64,000 bases of DNA from a virus. Location: positions 8,965-72,964 of the IMG/VR virus record IMGVR_UViG_3300020450_000017; one strand, given 5' to 3'. The notes below the pieces were generated by a model that did no database searches, was not told where the DNA came from, and worked only from the letters and a program-made list of their open reading frames with translations. Made by a program: the position numbers and the translations under genes. Positions 9,930 to 19,618 of the stretch are shown here, in pieces. Position 1 is the first letter of the stretch, and each line of letters starts with the position of its first letter.

Positions 9930-10941
9930 TTTCGAAGATATCTTAAACAATATATCCCGTGAAGAGAAGCACCCTAATGACAGGGTGCTTCTTATTGACG
10001 GACTAAACATATTTCTAAGAGCATTTGCTGTAAATGGTGCACTAAATGAAAAAGGTGTTCCTGTAGGTGGTATTATGGGTTTTATGAAATCCCTTGCACT
10101 TGCCATTAGACAAATGGAACCAACTAGGGTAATTGTTGTTTATGATGGTGCCGGGGGTAGTAAAAGACGAAGAAAAATCAACCCAGACTATAAATCAAAC
10201 AGAACCCCTAAGCGTGTAACTAAATTTGATGCTTTTAACTCATTGCAAGATGAGAAGGAAGCAATGAAGATTCAATTTAGAAGACTACTCAGTTACCTTG
10301 AGTTACTTCCAATTGATGTTTACAGCGTGGACAATGTTGAAGCGGACGATGTAATTGCGTATATCGCGCAAAATGTGCTAGGAAACGAAGCAATCATTAT
10401 GTCCGCTGACCAGGATTTTTTACAATTAGTAAACGATCGAATTGTAGTTTGGTCACCAAATAAGAAAAAATACTACACAAAAGAGCAAATATTTACTGAA
10501 TATGGAATACCAGCCCATAATTTTTTAATGTATAAATGTTTAATGGGTGATAAATCAGATAACCTTGAAGGTATTAAAGGTTTAGGCCCTAAAAAAATGG
10601 CTAAGGTACTTCCAGATATTACTGGAAAAGAGGTTAATTTAGATTATCTTATACGTTATTCTTCAACACAAGATAGTTTAATGCATAAACGAATTATTGA
10701 AAATAGAGTAACGTTGGAAACAAACGAAAAGATGATGTCACTTAAAGACCCAATTATGTCAGGTCAAATAAAAATTCAAATAAGTGATTTAGCTTCTCGT
10801 CCAACAAATTTGCTCCACCGAAATGATTTTATTATGTTATATAATGAAGATTATATGGGAAATAACTTACAGAATCCTGATATATGGTTAAATGAACATT
10901 TTCTTAAACTAAATAATCTTGCAAAATTAACACATGAGTAA
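9922..10941 (+). CDS. rnh: 5'-3' exonuclease / T4 RNase H-like flap nuclease
   Basis: LLIDGLN, YKSNR, EADDVIA, SADQDFLQL, GDKSDNLEGIKGLGPK. Confidence 0.9.
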   Translation: MSNFEDILNNISREEKHPNDRVLLIDGLNIFLRAFAVNGALNEKGVPVGGIMGFMKSLALAIRQMEPTRVIVVYDGAGGSKRRRKINPDYKSNRTPKRVTKFDAFNSLQDEKEAMKIQFRRLLSYLELLPIDVYSVDNVEADDVIAYIAQNVLGNEAIIMSADQDFLQLVNDRIVVWSPNKKKYYTKEQIFTEYGIPAHNFLMYKCLMGDKSDNLEGIKGLGPKKMAKVLPDITGKEVNLDYLIRYSSTQDSLMHKRIIENRVTLETNEKMMSLKDPIMSGQIKIQISDLASRPTNLLHRNDFIMLYNEDYMGNNLQNPDIWLNEHFLKLNNLAKLTHE

Positions 10942-12277
10942 GTTAGAACAGTACGGCCACAATTTCCAGGTTAAAGTACTATCTACACTTGTTAAAGATA
11001 GAGAATTTATCCAACAAGTAGCAGATATTGTATCTCCTGATTTTTTTGATAATGAAGCTAATAAGTGGATTGTAAGCAAAACCTTAGAATACTTTAATGA
11101 ATTTAGAACTACCCCTACAATGGAGGTATTTAAAGTTGAAGTAGAAAAGATCCGTAATGAAATTCAACAAGTTGCTGTAAAAGAACAACTTAAAGAAACA
11201 TTTAAATCTACTAAATCACAGGATCTTGATTTTGTTAAACAAACATTTCTTGATTTTTGCAGGAACCAAACACTTAAATCCGCCCTTCTTTCCTCAGTTG
11301 ATCTACTTGAAATAGGAAATTATGAAGATATCCGTAGACTTATTGATAATGCACTTAAAGCAGGTGTAGAAAAAAATCTTGGTCACGATTATATGGATGA
11401 AATTGAAGCCCGTTACCAAGAAGAAGCCCGAAACACAATTGAAACCCCATGGAATGAGATTAATAGTTTATTAAGTGGTGGTTTAGGTACAGGTGATTTA
11501 GGTTTACTTGTAGGTAATCCTGGTGGAGGTAAATCGTGGGCACTTGTTGCTTTAGGTGGACATGCCGTTAAACTTGGTTATACAGTTTTACATTATACAC
11601 TTGAACTTTCTGACATGTATGTTGGTCAGAGATATGATGCTTTCTTTACAGAAATACCAGTTAATGAGATTAAAATCCATAAAACAACTGTTAAAGAAGA
11701 ACTAGGAAATATGAGAGGAAAATTGTATATTAAACAATATCCTGCGGGTAAAGCCAACGTAAATACGATATTAGCGCATGTAGATAAATGTCGCGGCCAA
11801 GGCATTGAGCCTGATCTTATTGTATTAGATTACGCGGATCTTTTATATACCAGGAATGGAAAAGAAAAACGAGATAAATTGGATGACATTTATACTTCAT
11901 TAAGAGGATTAGCTACTGAATTAAAAATCCCTATTTGGACAGCATCACAAAGTAATAGATCAGCAGCTCGAGATAATATTATACAAGGTGACCAAATTGC
12001 AGAAAGTTATTCAAAAATTATGATTTCAGATTTTGCTCTCTCATTATCAAGAAAAACCGAGGATAAAGAAAATGGTACTGGAAGATTCCATGTTATGAAA
12101 AATAGATATGGAGCGGATGGCTTAACATTTAATGCACTTATGGATACATCTATAGGAAAAATTGATTTTACTAACCGTATAAATAATGAAGAAACCAGCA
12201 GTCCTGATGGAGCAGGTTTTACAGGAAATGAAAGAAGAAATCTCCAAAGGGCTGCTGAAAATATTTTTAACTTTTAA
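10934..12277 (+). CDS. dnaB: Replicative DNA helicase (DnaB/gp41-like)
   Basis: GNPGGGKS, YTLEL, VLDYADLL, WTASQSNR, KNRYG. Confidence 0.92.
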   Translation: MSKLEQYGHNFQVKVLSTLVKDREFIQQVADIVSPDFFDNEANKWIVSKTLEYFNEFRTTPTMEVFKVEVEKIRNEIQQVAVKEQLKETFKSTKSQDLDFVKQTFLDFCRNQTLKSALLSSVDLLEIGNYEDIRRLIDNALKAGVEKNLGHDYMDEIEARYQEEARNTIETPWNEINSLLSGGLGTGDLGLLVGNPGGGKSWALVALGGHAVKLGYTVLHYTLELSDMYVGQRYDAFFTEIPVNEIKIHKTTVKEELGNMRGKLYIKQYPAGKANVNTILAHVDKCRGQGIEPDLIVLDYADLLYTRNGKEKRDKLDDIYTSLRGLATELKIPIWTASQSNRSAARDNIIQGDQIAESYSKIMISDFALSLSRKTEDKENGTGRFHVMKNRYGADGLTFNALMDTSIGKIDFTNRINNEETSSPDGAGFTGNERRNLQRAAENIFNF

Positions 12278-12327
12278 CAGTATATACTGTATTTATCGCT
12301 ACAACAATAAAAAAAATTTAAATTAAA

Positions 12328-13311
12328 ATGGCAAAGAAAGACTTAAAAGAAGAACGGATTGTATATAAGCCATTCGAATATCCAGAAGCTTTTGATTACT
12401 GGTTAAAACAACAACAGGCACATTGGATTCATACTGAAGTACCTATGATGAGTGATATCAATGATTGGAAGCAAAATCTAACAGAAACGGAAAAAAATAT
12501 AATTGGTTCTATCTTAAAAGGCTTTGCCCAAACCGAAACAGTAGTAAACGACTATTGGACAGGATTGGTTACAAAATGGTTTAGAAAACCAGAAATCATA
12601 GCAATGGCGACCACCTTTGGGGCTATGGAAACAATACACGCCGAAGCATATTCACTATTAAATGAAGAACTTGGACTTGACGACTTTAGCGAATTTCTCG
12701 AAGACGAGACTACAATGGCTAAGATTGAGAATCTTATGTCAGTTAGGGATAGTTTTAATAACGAAAAAGATTGGCATGAAATTGCCAAATCGCTTGCAAT
12801 ATTTTCTGCTTTTACAGAAGGAGTTAACTTATTTTCTTCCTTCGCCATACTTCTCTCTTTCAAGATGCGAAATAAACTTAAGGGAGTGGGACAGATTGTT
12901 GAGTGGAGCATTAGAGACGAAAGCATGCACTCAGATGCGGGATGCTGGTTATTTAGAACACTTATCAAGGAAAACCCTGAGCTCGACACTCCGGAGCTCA
13001 AAACGGCGATAACAGAAGCCGCATTACTTTCTTTACAACTCGAACTTGATTTTATTGAAAAAGTTTATGAGTTAGGAGATCTTGAAGGGTGTTCTAAAGA
13101 AGATTTAATTTGCTTTATTAAACATAGAGTAAATACAAAATTAGGTGATTTAGGGTATGATCCAGTAGTAAATGGAATTGATCCAAATGCACTTAAGAGA
13201 ATGAAATGGTTTGATAGCTTATCAGCGGGTAAGCAACACACTGATTTCTTTGCAAACAGAGTAACAAATTATTCAAAAGGAACCCATAACTGGGACGAAT
13301 CAATATTTTAA
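12328..13311 (+). CDS. nrdB: Ribonucleotide reductase class I beta subunit
   Basis: METIHAEAYS, FTEGVNLFSSF, IRDESMH, DFFANRVTNY. Confidence 0.95.
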   Translation: MAKKDLKEERIVYKPFEYPEAFDYWLKQQQAHWIHTEVPMMSDINDWKQNLTETEKNIIGSILKGFAQTETVVNDYWTGLVTKWFRKPEIIAMATTFGAMETIHAEAYSLLNEELGLDDFSEFLEDETTMAKIENLMSVRDSFNNEKDWHEIAKSLAIFSAFTEGVNLFSSFAILLSFKMRNKLKGVGQIVEWSIRDESMHSDAGCWLFRTLIKENPELDTPELKTAITEAALLSLQLELDFIEKVYELGDLEGCSKEDLICFIKHRVNTKLGDLGYDPVVNGIDPNALKRMKWFDSLSAGKQHTDFFANRVTNYSKGTHNWDESIF

Positions 13312-13314
13312 AAA

Positions 13315-15024
13315 ATGGATGGAAATTTAGTAGCAGACACAACCCAGTGGGTTGCAGGGAAGGACTACCCTGAATGGATGGATGAAGTTGGAGTAGCAAC
13401 TATATCAAAAGGATATTTATTACCAGATGAAACACCAAAAAAAGCATATAGAAGAGTCGCACATGCAATCGCAACCCGGATTAATAGACCGGATTTGGAA
13501 AATAAGTTCTACAGATACATTTGGAACGGTTGGATTGGCCTTGCTTCTCCCGTGTTGTCTAACACTGGGACCGATAGGGGTCTTCCCATCAGCTGTTTTG
13601 GTATTGATACACCTGACAGCATTAGGGGAATTGGATTAACTAACGCTGAACTTATGAAACTTACAGCACTTGGGGGTGGTGTAGGTATTAGTGTTTCTAG
13701 AATCAGACATAGAGGTACCCCCATATCAGGTAATGGTAAATCAGAGGGAGTTGTACCGTGGTGTAAAATTTATGATTCTGCAATTATTGCTACTAATCAA
13801 GGATCAGTTCGCAGAGGTGCTGCTTCAGTAAATTTAGATATTAATCACCTTGATATAGAAGAATTTATGCAAATTCGTAGACCTAAAGGTGACCCTAATA
13901 GACAATGTCTTAATCTCCATCAATGTGTAGTTGTAGATGATGCCTTTATGAGGCGTTTACAAGATAGAGATGGTGAAGCAATGAAACTTTGGTTAGAAAT
14001 TCTTAAAACCAGAGTAGAAACAGGTGAACCTTATATTATGTTTAAGGATAATGTTAATAAAAATAATCCTTTAGCATACGCTATGAATAATTTAGACGTT
14101 ACTATGACTAATATTTGTACTGAAATTACGCTCCATACAGATGAAGAACATAGTTTTATTTGTTGCTTATCATCTCTTAATCTTGCTAAATATGATGAAT
14201 GGAAAGATACAGATGTAGTAGAAATAGCTACTCGTTTCTTAGATGGTGTAATGCAAGAGTTTATAGATAAAAGTAATGGTAAAGATTCACTCATAAGAAC
14301 CCACAGACATGCTTTAAAGGGTAGAGCATTAGGTTTAGGGGTAATGGGTTGGCATTCTTTCTTACAACAAAAAGGATTACCATTTAATTCTATAGCTTCA
14401 ACAGCTTGGACACATACGATTTTTAGCGATTTAAGAAATAAAGCAGAAGCTACTTCTAGAGAATTAGCCCAGGAATATGGTGAACCTGTATGGTGTAGAG
14501 GTACAGGTATGAGAAATACCCATTTAATTGCTATTGCTCCTACAGTATCTAATTCTCGTTTAAATAGTTGCTCTGCAGGTATTGAACCTATTCCTGCAAA
14601 TATCTATACTTTTAATGGAGCTAAAGGAACATTTATTGTTAAAAATAAAGAGTTAGAAACATTATTAGAATCTAAAGGTAAAAACACTGAAAAAGTATGG
14701 GACCAAATATTAGCTGATAATGGGTCAGTTCAAAATTTACATCATGATATACTTACTGAATCCGAAAAGGAAGTATTCCTTACATTTAGTGAAGTAAATC
14801 AATTAGAATTAGTACGCCAAGCAGCTATAAGACAAAAATATATTGATCAAACACAATCACTTAATTTAAGTTTTGACCCTACAGATTCTCCGAAATGGAT
14901 TAATCAGTGTCACTTAGAAGCTTGGAAATTAGGAGTAAAGACATTATATTACCTAAGAACCGATTCTGTAATTAAAGGGGATTTAGGTTCACGAACAGCA
15001 GAATGTATAAGTTGCGATGGATAA
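13315..15024 (+). CDS. nrdA: Ribonucleotide reductase class I alpha subunit (short, no obvious ATP cone)
   Basis: PISCF, QGSVRRGA, TNICTEI, IAPTVSNS, TLYYLR, C-terminal CISCDG. Confidence 0.95.
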   Translation: MDGNLVADTTQWVAGKDYPEWMDEVGVATISKGYLLPDETPKKAYRRVAHAIATRINRPDLENKFYRYIWNGWIGLASPVLSNTGTDRGLPISCFGIDTPDSIRGIGLTNAELMKLTALGGGVGISVSRIRHRGTPISGNGKSEGVVPWCKIYDSAIIATNQGSVRRGAASVNLDINHLDIEEFMQIRRPKGDPNRQCLNLHQCVVVDDAFMRRLQDRDGEAMKLWLEILKTRVETGEPYIMFKDNVNKNNPLAYAMNNLDVTMTNICTEITLHTDEEHSFICCLSSLNLAKYDEWKDTDVVEIATRFLDGVMQEFIDKSNGKDSLIRTHRHALKGRALGLGVMGWHSFLQQKGLPFNSIASTAWTHTIFSDLRNKAEATSRELAQEYGEPVWCRGTGMRNTHLIAIAPTVSNSRLNSCSAGIEPIPANIYTFNGAKGTFIVKNKELETLLESKGKNTEKVWDQILADNGSVQNLHHDILTESEKEVFLTFSEVNQLELVRQAAIRQKYIDQTQSLNLSFDPTDSPKWINQCHLEAWKLGVKTLYYLRTDSVIKGDLGSRTAECISCDG

Positions 15025-15208
15025 TGATAAAGAATTAGAACAATTATTAGGCGATTTAAATAAAATTATAAGCCTTTTTAAAAAAATGGAAAACTCTTCT
15101 TTAGATGATGTGGATTCCTTAAAAAAAGCGAGTACCTTACTACAAAAAGAATTAAAAGAACGTTATGGCGAAAAAAATACCCCCGAAACCGACACACCGG
15201 AAGCGTAG
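15017..15208 (+). CDS. Hypothetical protein
   Basis: 63 aa ORF overlapping the nrdA stop. Confidence 0.55.
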   Translation: MDNDKELEQLLGDLNKIISLFKKMENSSLDDVDSLKKASTLLQKELKERYGEKNTPETDTPEA

Positions 15209-15692
15209 TCCATTTTATTGGTGGAGACGTTTTCCTACCCATAAGGGTCTTCACCACTATAAACCCCTTATTGAGCGTATCAAAAACGGTGATTTCGATT
15301 ATCCTGAGTATTTTGAGCAAGCTGAATGGGAGGAGCAATGGTGCCGAGAAGAAATTGAGTCAAAAAGACATCTATTTAAGGATACCCAAAATTTCTTAGA
15401 AGAGTCTCGTTCTATTGAGCGTAGATATCGTAAGCGTCAAAATCTCCTTATTAAGGACGGTTATGAGACTGAACAAAAACGACTCAAAGAGCTTATTAAG
15501 CAGTTTACTATTACATTTGGTGGTTCAAAACAGGATGTAATTGCAGTTATGGAAAAATTTGATGGTACCCTTGAAGAAATGTACTATTATTACGCCGAAC
15601 TTAAGGGCATTAAAAACGTTAGTTTGCTTGAAACTATGCCTGTAAAAAGACGTGGAAGAGGGAGGCCTCGTAAAAATCCTTTGATACAATAA
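15165..15692 (+). CDS. Hypothetical protein with C-terminal AT-hook
   Basis: FYWWRRF, IKNGDFDY; C-terminal RRGRGRPRK. Confidence 0.65.
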   Translation: MAKKIPPKPTHRKRSPFYWWRRFPTHKGLHHYKPLIERIKNGDFDYPEYFEQAEWEEQWCREEIESKRHLFKDTQNFLEESRSIERRYRKRQNLLIKDGYETEQKRLKELIKQFTITFGGSKQDVIAVMEKFDGTLEEMYYYYAELKGIKNVSLLETMPVKRRGRGRPRKNPLIQ

Positions 15693-15696
15693 TAAT

Positions 15697-16161
15697 ATGG
15701 GAAAATTTCAATCAACAAAATTATTTGACGGATTTAGCTGTGTGTTTCGTCAATGGAAAGCAGAAAATACACACTGTAGATTTATGCATGGCTATGGAGT
15801 CAGCTTTAGAGTTTGGTTTGAGGGTAGTTTAGATGGCCGAAATTGGGTATGGGATTTCGGTGGTATGAAACGTGCTCAAACTAAAATTGATGGTATGAGT
15901 CCTAAAGCATGGATGGATTATATGTTTGATCATACTATACTCGTTGCTAAAGACGATCCTATGATAAATCTTATTAATGATTTAGAACATAACCAAATTG
16001 CTCAGGTAAGAGTAGTCGAAGCAACCGGAGCAGAAAAATTTGCTGAATTTATATTTGGTAAATTAAATACATTTGTACAAACAGAAACTAACGGTAGAGT
16101 TAGAGTAGCTAAAGTAGAATTTATGGAACATGGGAAGAACACAGCAATCTACGAAGGTTAA
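15697..16161 (+). CDS. queD: 6-carboxytetrahydropterin synthase
   Basis: HCRFMHGY, WVWDFG, FDHT, GAEKFA. Confidence 0.88.
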   Translation: MGKFQSTKLFDGFSCVFRQWKAENTHCRFMHGYGVSFRVWFEGSLDGRNWVWDFGGMKRAQTKIDGMSPKAWMDYMFDHTILVAKDDPMINLINDLEHNQIAQVRVVEATGAEKFAEFIFGKLNTFVQTETNGRVRVAKVEFMEHGKNTAIYEG

Positions 16162-16942
16162 AGTATCCCATGAGGTACCTCTACAATTATTAGAGGAAAG
16201 TAAACAATTTAATGATTATGATTATTGTTTACCCCATCTTTTAGACCAATATAAAGTATATAAAGATTATTTCTACCAAGCTAAAAAGGAAGGTAGATAT
16301 ATAATTATGGATAACTCACTCCATGAATTAGGTAAAGCATATGATACATCACGTTTGTTATATTGGATTTCTGAACTAGAACCAGACGAATTTATTGTCC
16401 CTGATGTTTGGGAAAACGGCCATTACAGTGTAAGAAATGCTAAAACATGGTCTACAATTGAAATGCCCGATAACACTACTAAAGTAGCTGTAGTGCAAGG
16501 TAAATCATATTCAGATTTTGTTAATGGCTACCAATCATATAAGTGGTTTGGTTATCAAAAAATAGCCTTTAGTTATGGTGCCTCTTGGTTTGAAGAATGT
16601 TTTAAACACCCAAACTTATACGTAGCTAAAATGATGGGCCGTTTAAAAACTATTACTAATTTATATAAGGGGGGACTTATCAGTGATACTGATAGAGTTC
16701 ATCTTTTAGGTTGCAATTTACCTCAAGAATATCTTTATTATAAAGATTTTAAATTTATAGAGTCTATAGATACTTCAAATCCTATCATACATGGTTTAGA
16801 AGGAATTAGGTATTCAGAGGGGGGCTTATTACAGAAAAGTAAACAAAAAATCGATAAAGACTTTACTCAAAAAGTCACACCTAAACAAAAAGAAAACATT
16901 CTATATAATATAGAAATGTTTAGAAAAATAAACAATTTATGA
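16130..16942 (+). CDS. dpdA: TGT-fold DNA guanine transglycosylase-like (DpdA-like)
   Basis: IIMDNS, IVPDV, AVVQG, VHLLG and SIDTSNP align with TGT barrel motifs; lies between queD and queC. Confidence 0.65.
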   Translation: MGRTQQSTKVKVSHEVPLQLLEESKQFNDYDYCLPHLLDQYKVYKDYFYQAKKEGRYIIMDNSLHELGKAYDTSRLLYWISELEPDEFIVPDVWENGHYSVRNAKTWSTIEMPDNTTKVAVVQGKSYSDFVNGYQSYKWFGYQKIAFSYGASWFEECFKHPNLYVAKMMGRLKTITNLYKGGLISDTDRVHLLGCNLPQEYLYYKDFKFIESIDTSNPIIHGLEGIRYSEGGLLQKSKQKIDKDFTQKVTPKQKENILYNIEMFRKINNL

Positions 16943-17409
16943 ATTTAGTCTTAATTACTATTACAATATGTGCATTAGCATTTACTTATTATGTATGGAG
17001 ATTCCATGACCAATTAGCTGAAAGAAAAGCAGAAGCCCAATTAGCAAAATGGAAACTTAAAGAAGAAAAAGCAATTAGAGAAGATGCTTATCAGCGCTCT
17101 AGAGCAGTTAGTTTTGGAAAAACAATAGAACATTATGTTCCATTTATGGAAAATTTTCCAATAAATCCTAACGATATAAGATTTTTTGGCAACCCAATTG
17201 ATTATATAGCTTTTACAGATATGGGATCTAAAAAGAAATGTGCCGTACATTTTTTAGAAGTTAAAAGTGGAGAAAGTCAACTAAACGGTAGGCAAAGAAA
17301 TATTAAAGATGCTATTCAAAAAGGTAGAGTATATTGGCATGAATATAATGCTAAGGGTATTTGGGAACATGAGACTAAGGACGAACATTTAAATAAAGAA
17401 ATAAAATGA
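16939..17409 (+). CDS. Membrane-anchored PD-(D/E)XK nuclease (archaeal Holliday junction resolvase-like)
   Basis: N-terminal TM helix; RSRAVSFGKTIEH, RFFGNPIDYIAF, FLEVKSG. Confidence 0.75.
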   Translation: MNLVLITITICALAFTYYVWRFHDQLAERKAEAQLAKWKLKEEKAIREDAYQRSRAVSFGKTIEHYVPFMENFPINPNDIRFFGNPIDYIAFTDMGSKKKCAVHFLEVKSGESQLNGRQRNIKDAIQKGRVYWHEYNAKGIWEHETKDEHLNKEIK

Positions 17410-18212
17410 AAAAACAAGCAGTATTGTCACTAAGTGGAGGTATGGACAGCTCCACAGTGTTGCTTCATCTACTCGCCAATGGCTATGAAGTGACAGCACT
17501 GTCTTTCGATTATGGGCAGAAACACAGAGTAGAACTCGAACGAGCCCAACAATTAGTCAATTATATTAACTTAAACAGGCTTACAGAACCTAATGTTAAA
17601 TATGGAGTAATTAAACTTGATGGTTTAGCTCCTATGCTTAATAGTGCTCTTGTAGAAGGTGGAGATGAAGTACCTGAAGGACACTATGAACAAGAAAACA
17701 TGAAAGAAACTGTTGTTCCTAACCGTAATAAAATATTTTCATCATTAATCCAGGCTGTTGCCCTATCTATCGCAAATGAAAAACAAACAGAAGTCCATAT
17801 CGCAATGGGTATTCACGCAGGTGATCACGCTATTTACCCTGACTGTAGACAAGAATTCAGGGATGCTGACTATAAGGCTTTCACCGAAGGTAACTGGGAC
17901 GCTGATCGCGTTAGCTATATTACCCCTTATCTTAATGGGGATAAATACGATATTTTGGTTGATGGGGCCGAGTGCTGCGAGCGATTGGGGTTACAATTTG
18001 ACGACGTTTATGCACTCACAAATACTTCTTATAAGCCCATTAATATTAATGGGACTTGGTACAGTGATTATAAATCAGCTTCATCGGTGGAAAGGGTTGA
18101 AGCCTTTCTTAAGATGGGAAAACCTGATCCAGTCGCATACGCTGATGAATCAGGACCTGTCAATTGGAATGTTGTACAAAAGCATGTTGAACAAGTATTA
18201 AATAATGCGTAA
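17406..18212 (+). CDS. queC: 7-cyano-7-deazaguanine synthase
   Basis: SGGMDS, FDYGQKH, TVVPNRN, YPDCR. Confidence 0.93.
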   Translation: MKKQAVLSLSGGMDSSTVLLHLLANGYEVTALSFDYGQKHRVELERAQQLVNYINLNRLTEPNVKYGVIKLDGLAPMLNSALVEGGDEVPEGHYEQENMKETVVPNRNKIFSSLIQAVALSIANEKQTEVHIAMGIHAGDHAIYPDCRQEFRDADYKAFTEGNWDADRVSYITPYLNGDKYDILVDGAECCERLGLQFDDVYALTNTSYKPININGTWYSDYKSASSVERVEAFLKMGKPDPVAYADESGPVNWNVVQKHVEQVLNNA

Positions 18213-18978
18213 AAGAATAGAAGATTATAATAAGGTACTACCAATAGTAGAAATATATCGTTGTGTGCAAAGTGAGGGATCTCGTTTTGGGCGCCCTACT
18301 ATTGCCGTTAGAACAACAGGTTGTACTCACCGCTGTTGGTTTGGTGAAGGGGGTTGGTGTGATAGTTGGTATACAAGTATTCACCCAGATAAAGGTACTT
18401 TTACTTTTAATGATATAATCGCTATTTATGACGAGAACCCTCAAGTAAAGGAAATGATGCTTACGGGGGGTTCGCCTTCAATGCATTTTGCCTTAGTAAA
18501 TGAAATTACACACTTTGCCAAAGAAAGAGGAATCCTCGTTACAATTGAAACCGAGGGATCCCATTTTCTCGAGACTGATTATCCGATTAATCTCATTTCT
18601 CTTAGCCCTAAGTTTTCTAATTCTGTGCCTAGGGTGGGTATTACTACTCCCGGTGGTAAAATTGTTGATGAAAGGTTTGTCAAAATTCATAATAGGCATA
18701 GATTACATTATGAAAACATTAGGAAAACTTTAGATTATCATGAAGATTACCATTTTAAACCCGTTTGGGATGGTACAGATGAAAATTTAAAAGAAATAGA
18801 GGAATTTAGAGTTAAAATGGAAATTCCTAAGAATAAAACATTTGTAATGCCCGCAGGTGATACTCGTGAAACATTAGTTGAAATGTATCCTAAAGTATTT
18901 GAAATGGTAGCAGAACATGGTTATAATATGACGGGAAGAGATCATATTATAGCATACAACACAGAAAGGGGGGTTTAA
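18205..18978 (+). CDS. queE: 7-carboxy-7-deazaguanine synthase (radical SAM)
   Basis: VQSEG, RTTGCTHRC..WCDS, LTGG, IETEG, SLSPK. Confidence 0.9.
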   Translation: MRKRIEDYNKVLPIVEIYRCVQSEGSRFGRPTIAVRTTGCTHRCWFGEGGWCDSWYTSIHPDKGTFTFNDIIAIYDENPQVKEMMLTGGSPSMHFALVNEITHFAKERGILVTIETEGSHFLETDYPINLISLSPKFSNSVPRVGITTPGGKIVDERFVKIHNRHRLHYENIRKTLDYHEDYHFKPVWDGTDENLKEIEEFRVKMEIPKNKTFVMPAGDTRETLVEMYPKVFEMVAEHGYNMTGRDHIIAYNTERGV

Positions 18979-19121
18979 TGAAGGAACAAGCACTTGAGAT
19001 TTTAGAAGAAATAAGAGATAATGTTACTATATGCTGTGCTGTAACTATGGAACCTGATGAGGTAGAAGAATTAATAGATAAGTTAAAAAAAGTTATAGAA
19101 GAAGAATGGAACAAGCAATAA
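18978..19121 (+). CDS. Small hypothetical protein (47 aa, not in ORF track)
   Basis: MKEQALEILEEIRDNVTICCAVTMEPDEVEELIDKLKK...; fills the queE-hpt gap with TAATG coupling. Confidence 0.6.
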   Translation: MKEQALEILEEIRDNVTICCAVTMEPDEVEELIDKLKKVIEEEWNKQ

Positions 19122-19618
19122 GTGAAAAAGATTTAGATATTAAAATTAAAATCTTAGCTAAACAAATAAATGATGAACATAGAGGTGATCCTACTCCTAT
19201 TGTAATGGTGTGTATATTAAATGGGGGATTTATGTTTTTTAGTGATTTAGTAAAAGAAATAGAGATTCCTGTTGAAATAGATTTTATTCGTTGTAAATCT
19301 TATTTTGGTAGAAAACAAGGTGATTTAGTTGTGTCAAAAGATCTAGAAACTAAAATTAAAGGTAAACATGTTTATTTAGTAGATGATATTTTAGATTCTG
19401 GAAATACTATGGTAGCTGTTAAAAAATTTCTATCTGTTAAAGAACCTAAATCAATAACTCCAGTAGTAGCAATTTATAAAGAAAGTGTGGATTTTGATAG
19501 GGTTCTTCATATATTATATCAAGATGTAGATTCTATATTTGATCCTTGGTATATAGGATATGGTATGGATGATGATAAGGGACATAATAGAAATTTAAAA
19601 ACAATTTATACTATATAA
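19106..19618 (+). CDS. hpt: Hypoxanthine/guanine phosphoribosyltransferase
   Basis: VCILNGGFMFFSDL, KSY loop, VYLVDDILDSGNTM PRPP motif, IGYGMD. Confidence 0.88.
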   Translation: MEQAISEKDLDIKIKILAKQINDEHRGDPTPIVMVCILNGGFMFFSDLVKEIEIPVEIDFIRCKSYFGRKQGDLVVSKDLETKIKGKHVYLVDDILDSGNTMVAVKKFLSVKEPKSITPVVAIYKESVDFDRVLHILYQDVDSIFDPWYIGYGMDDDKGHNRNLKTIYTI

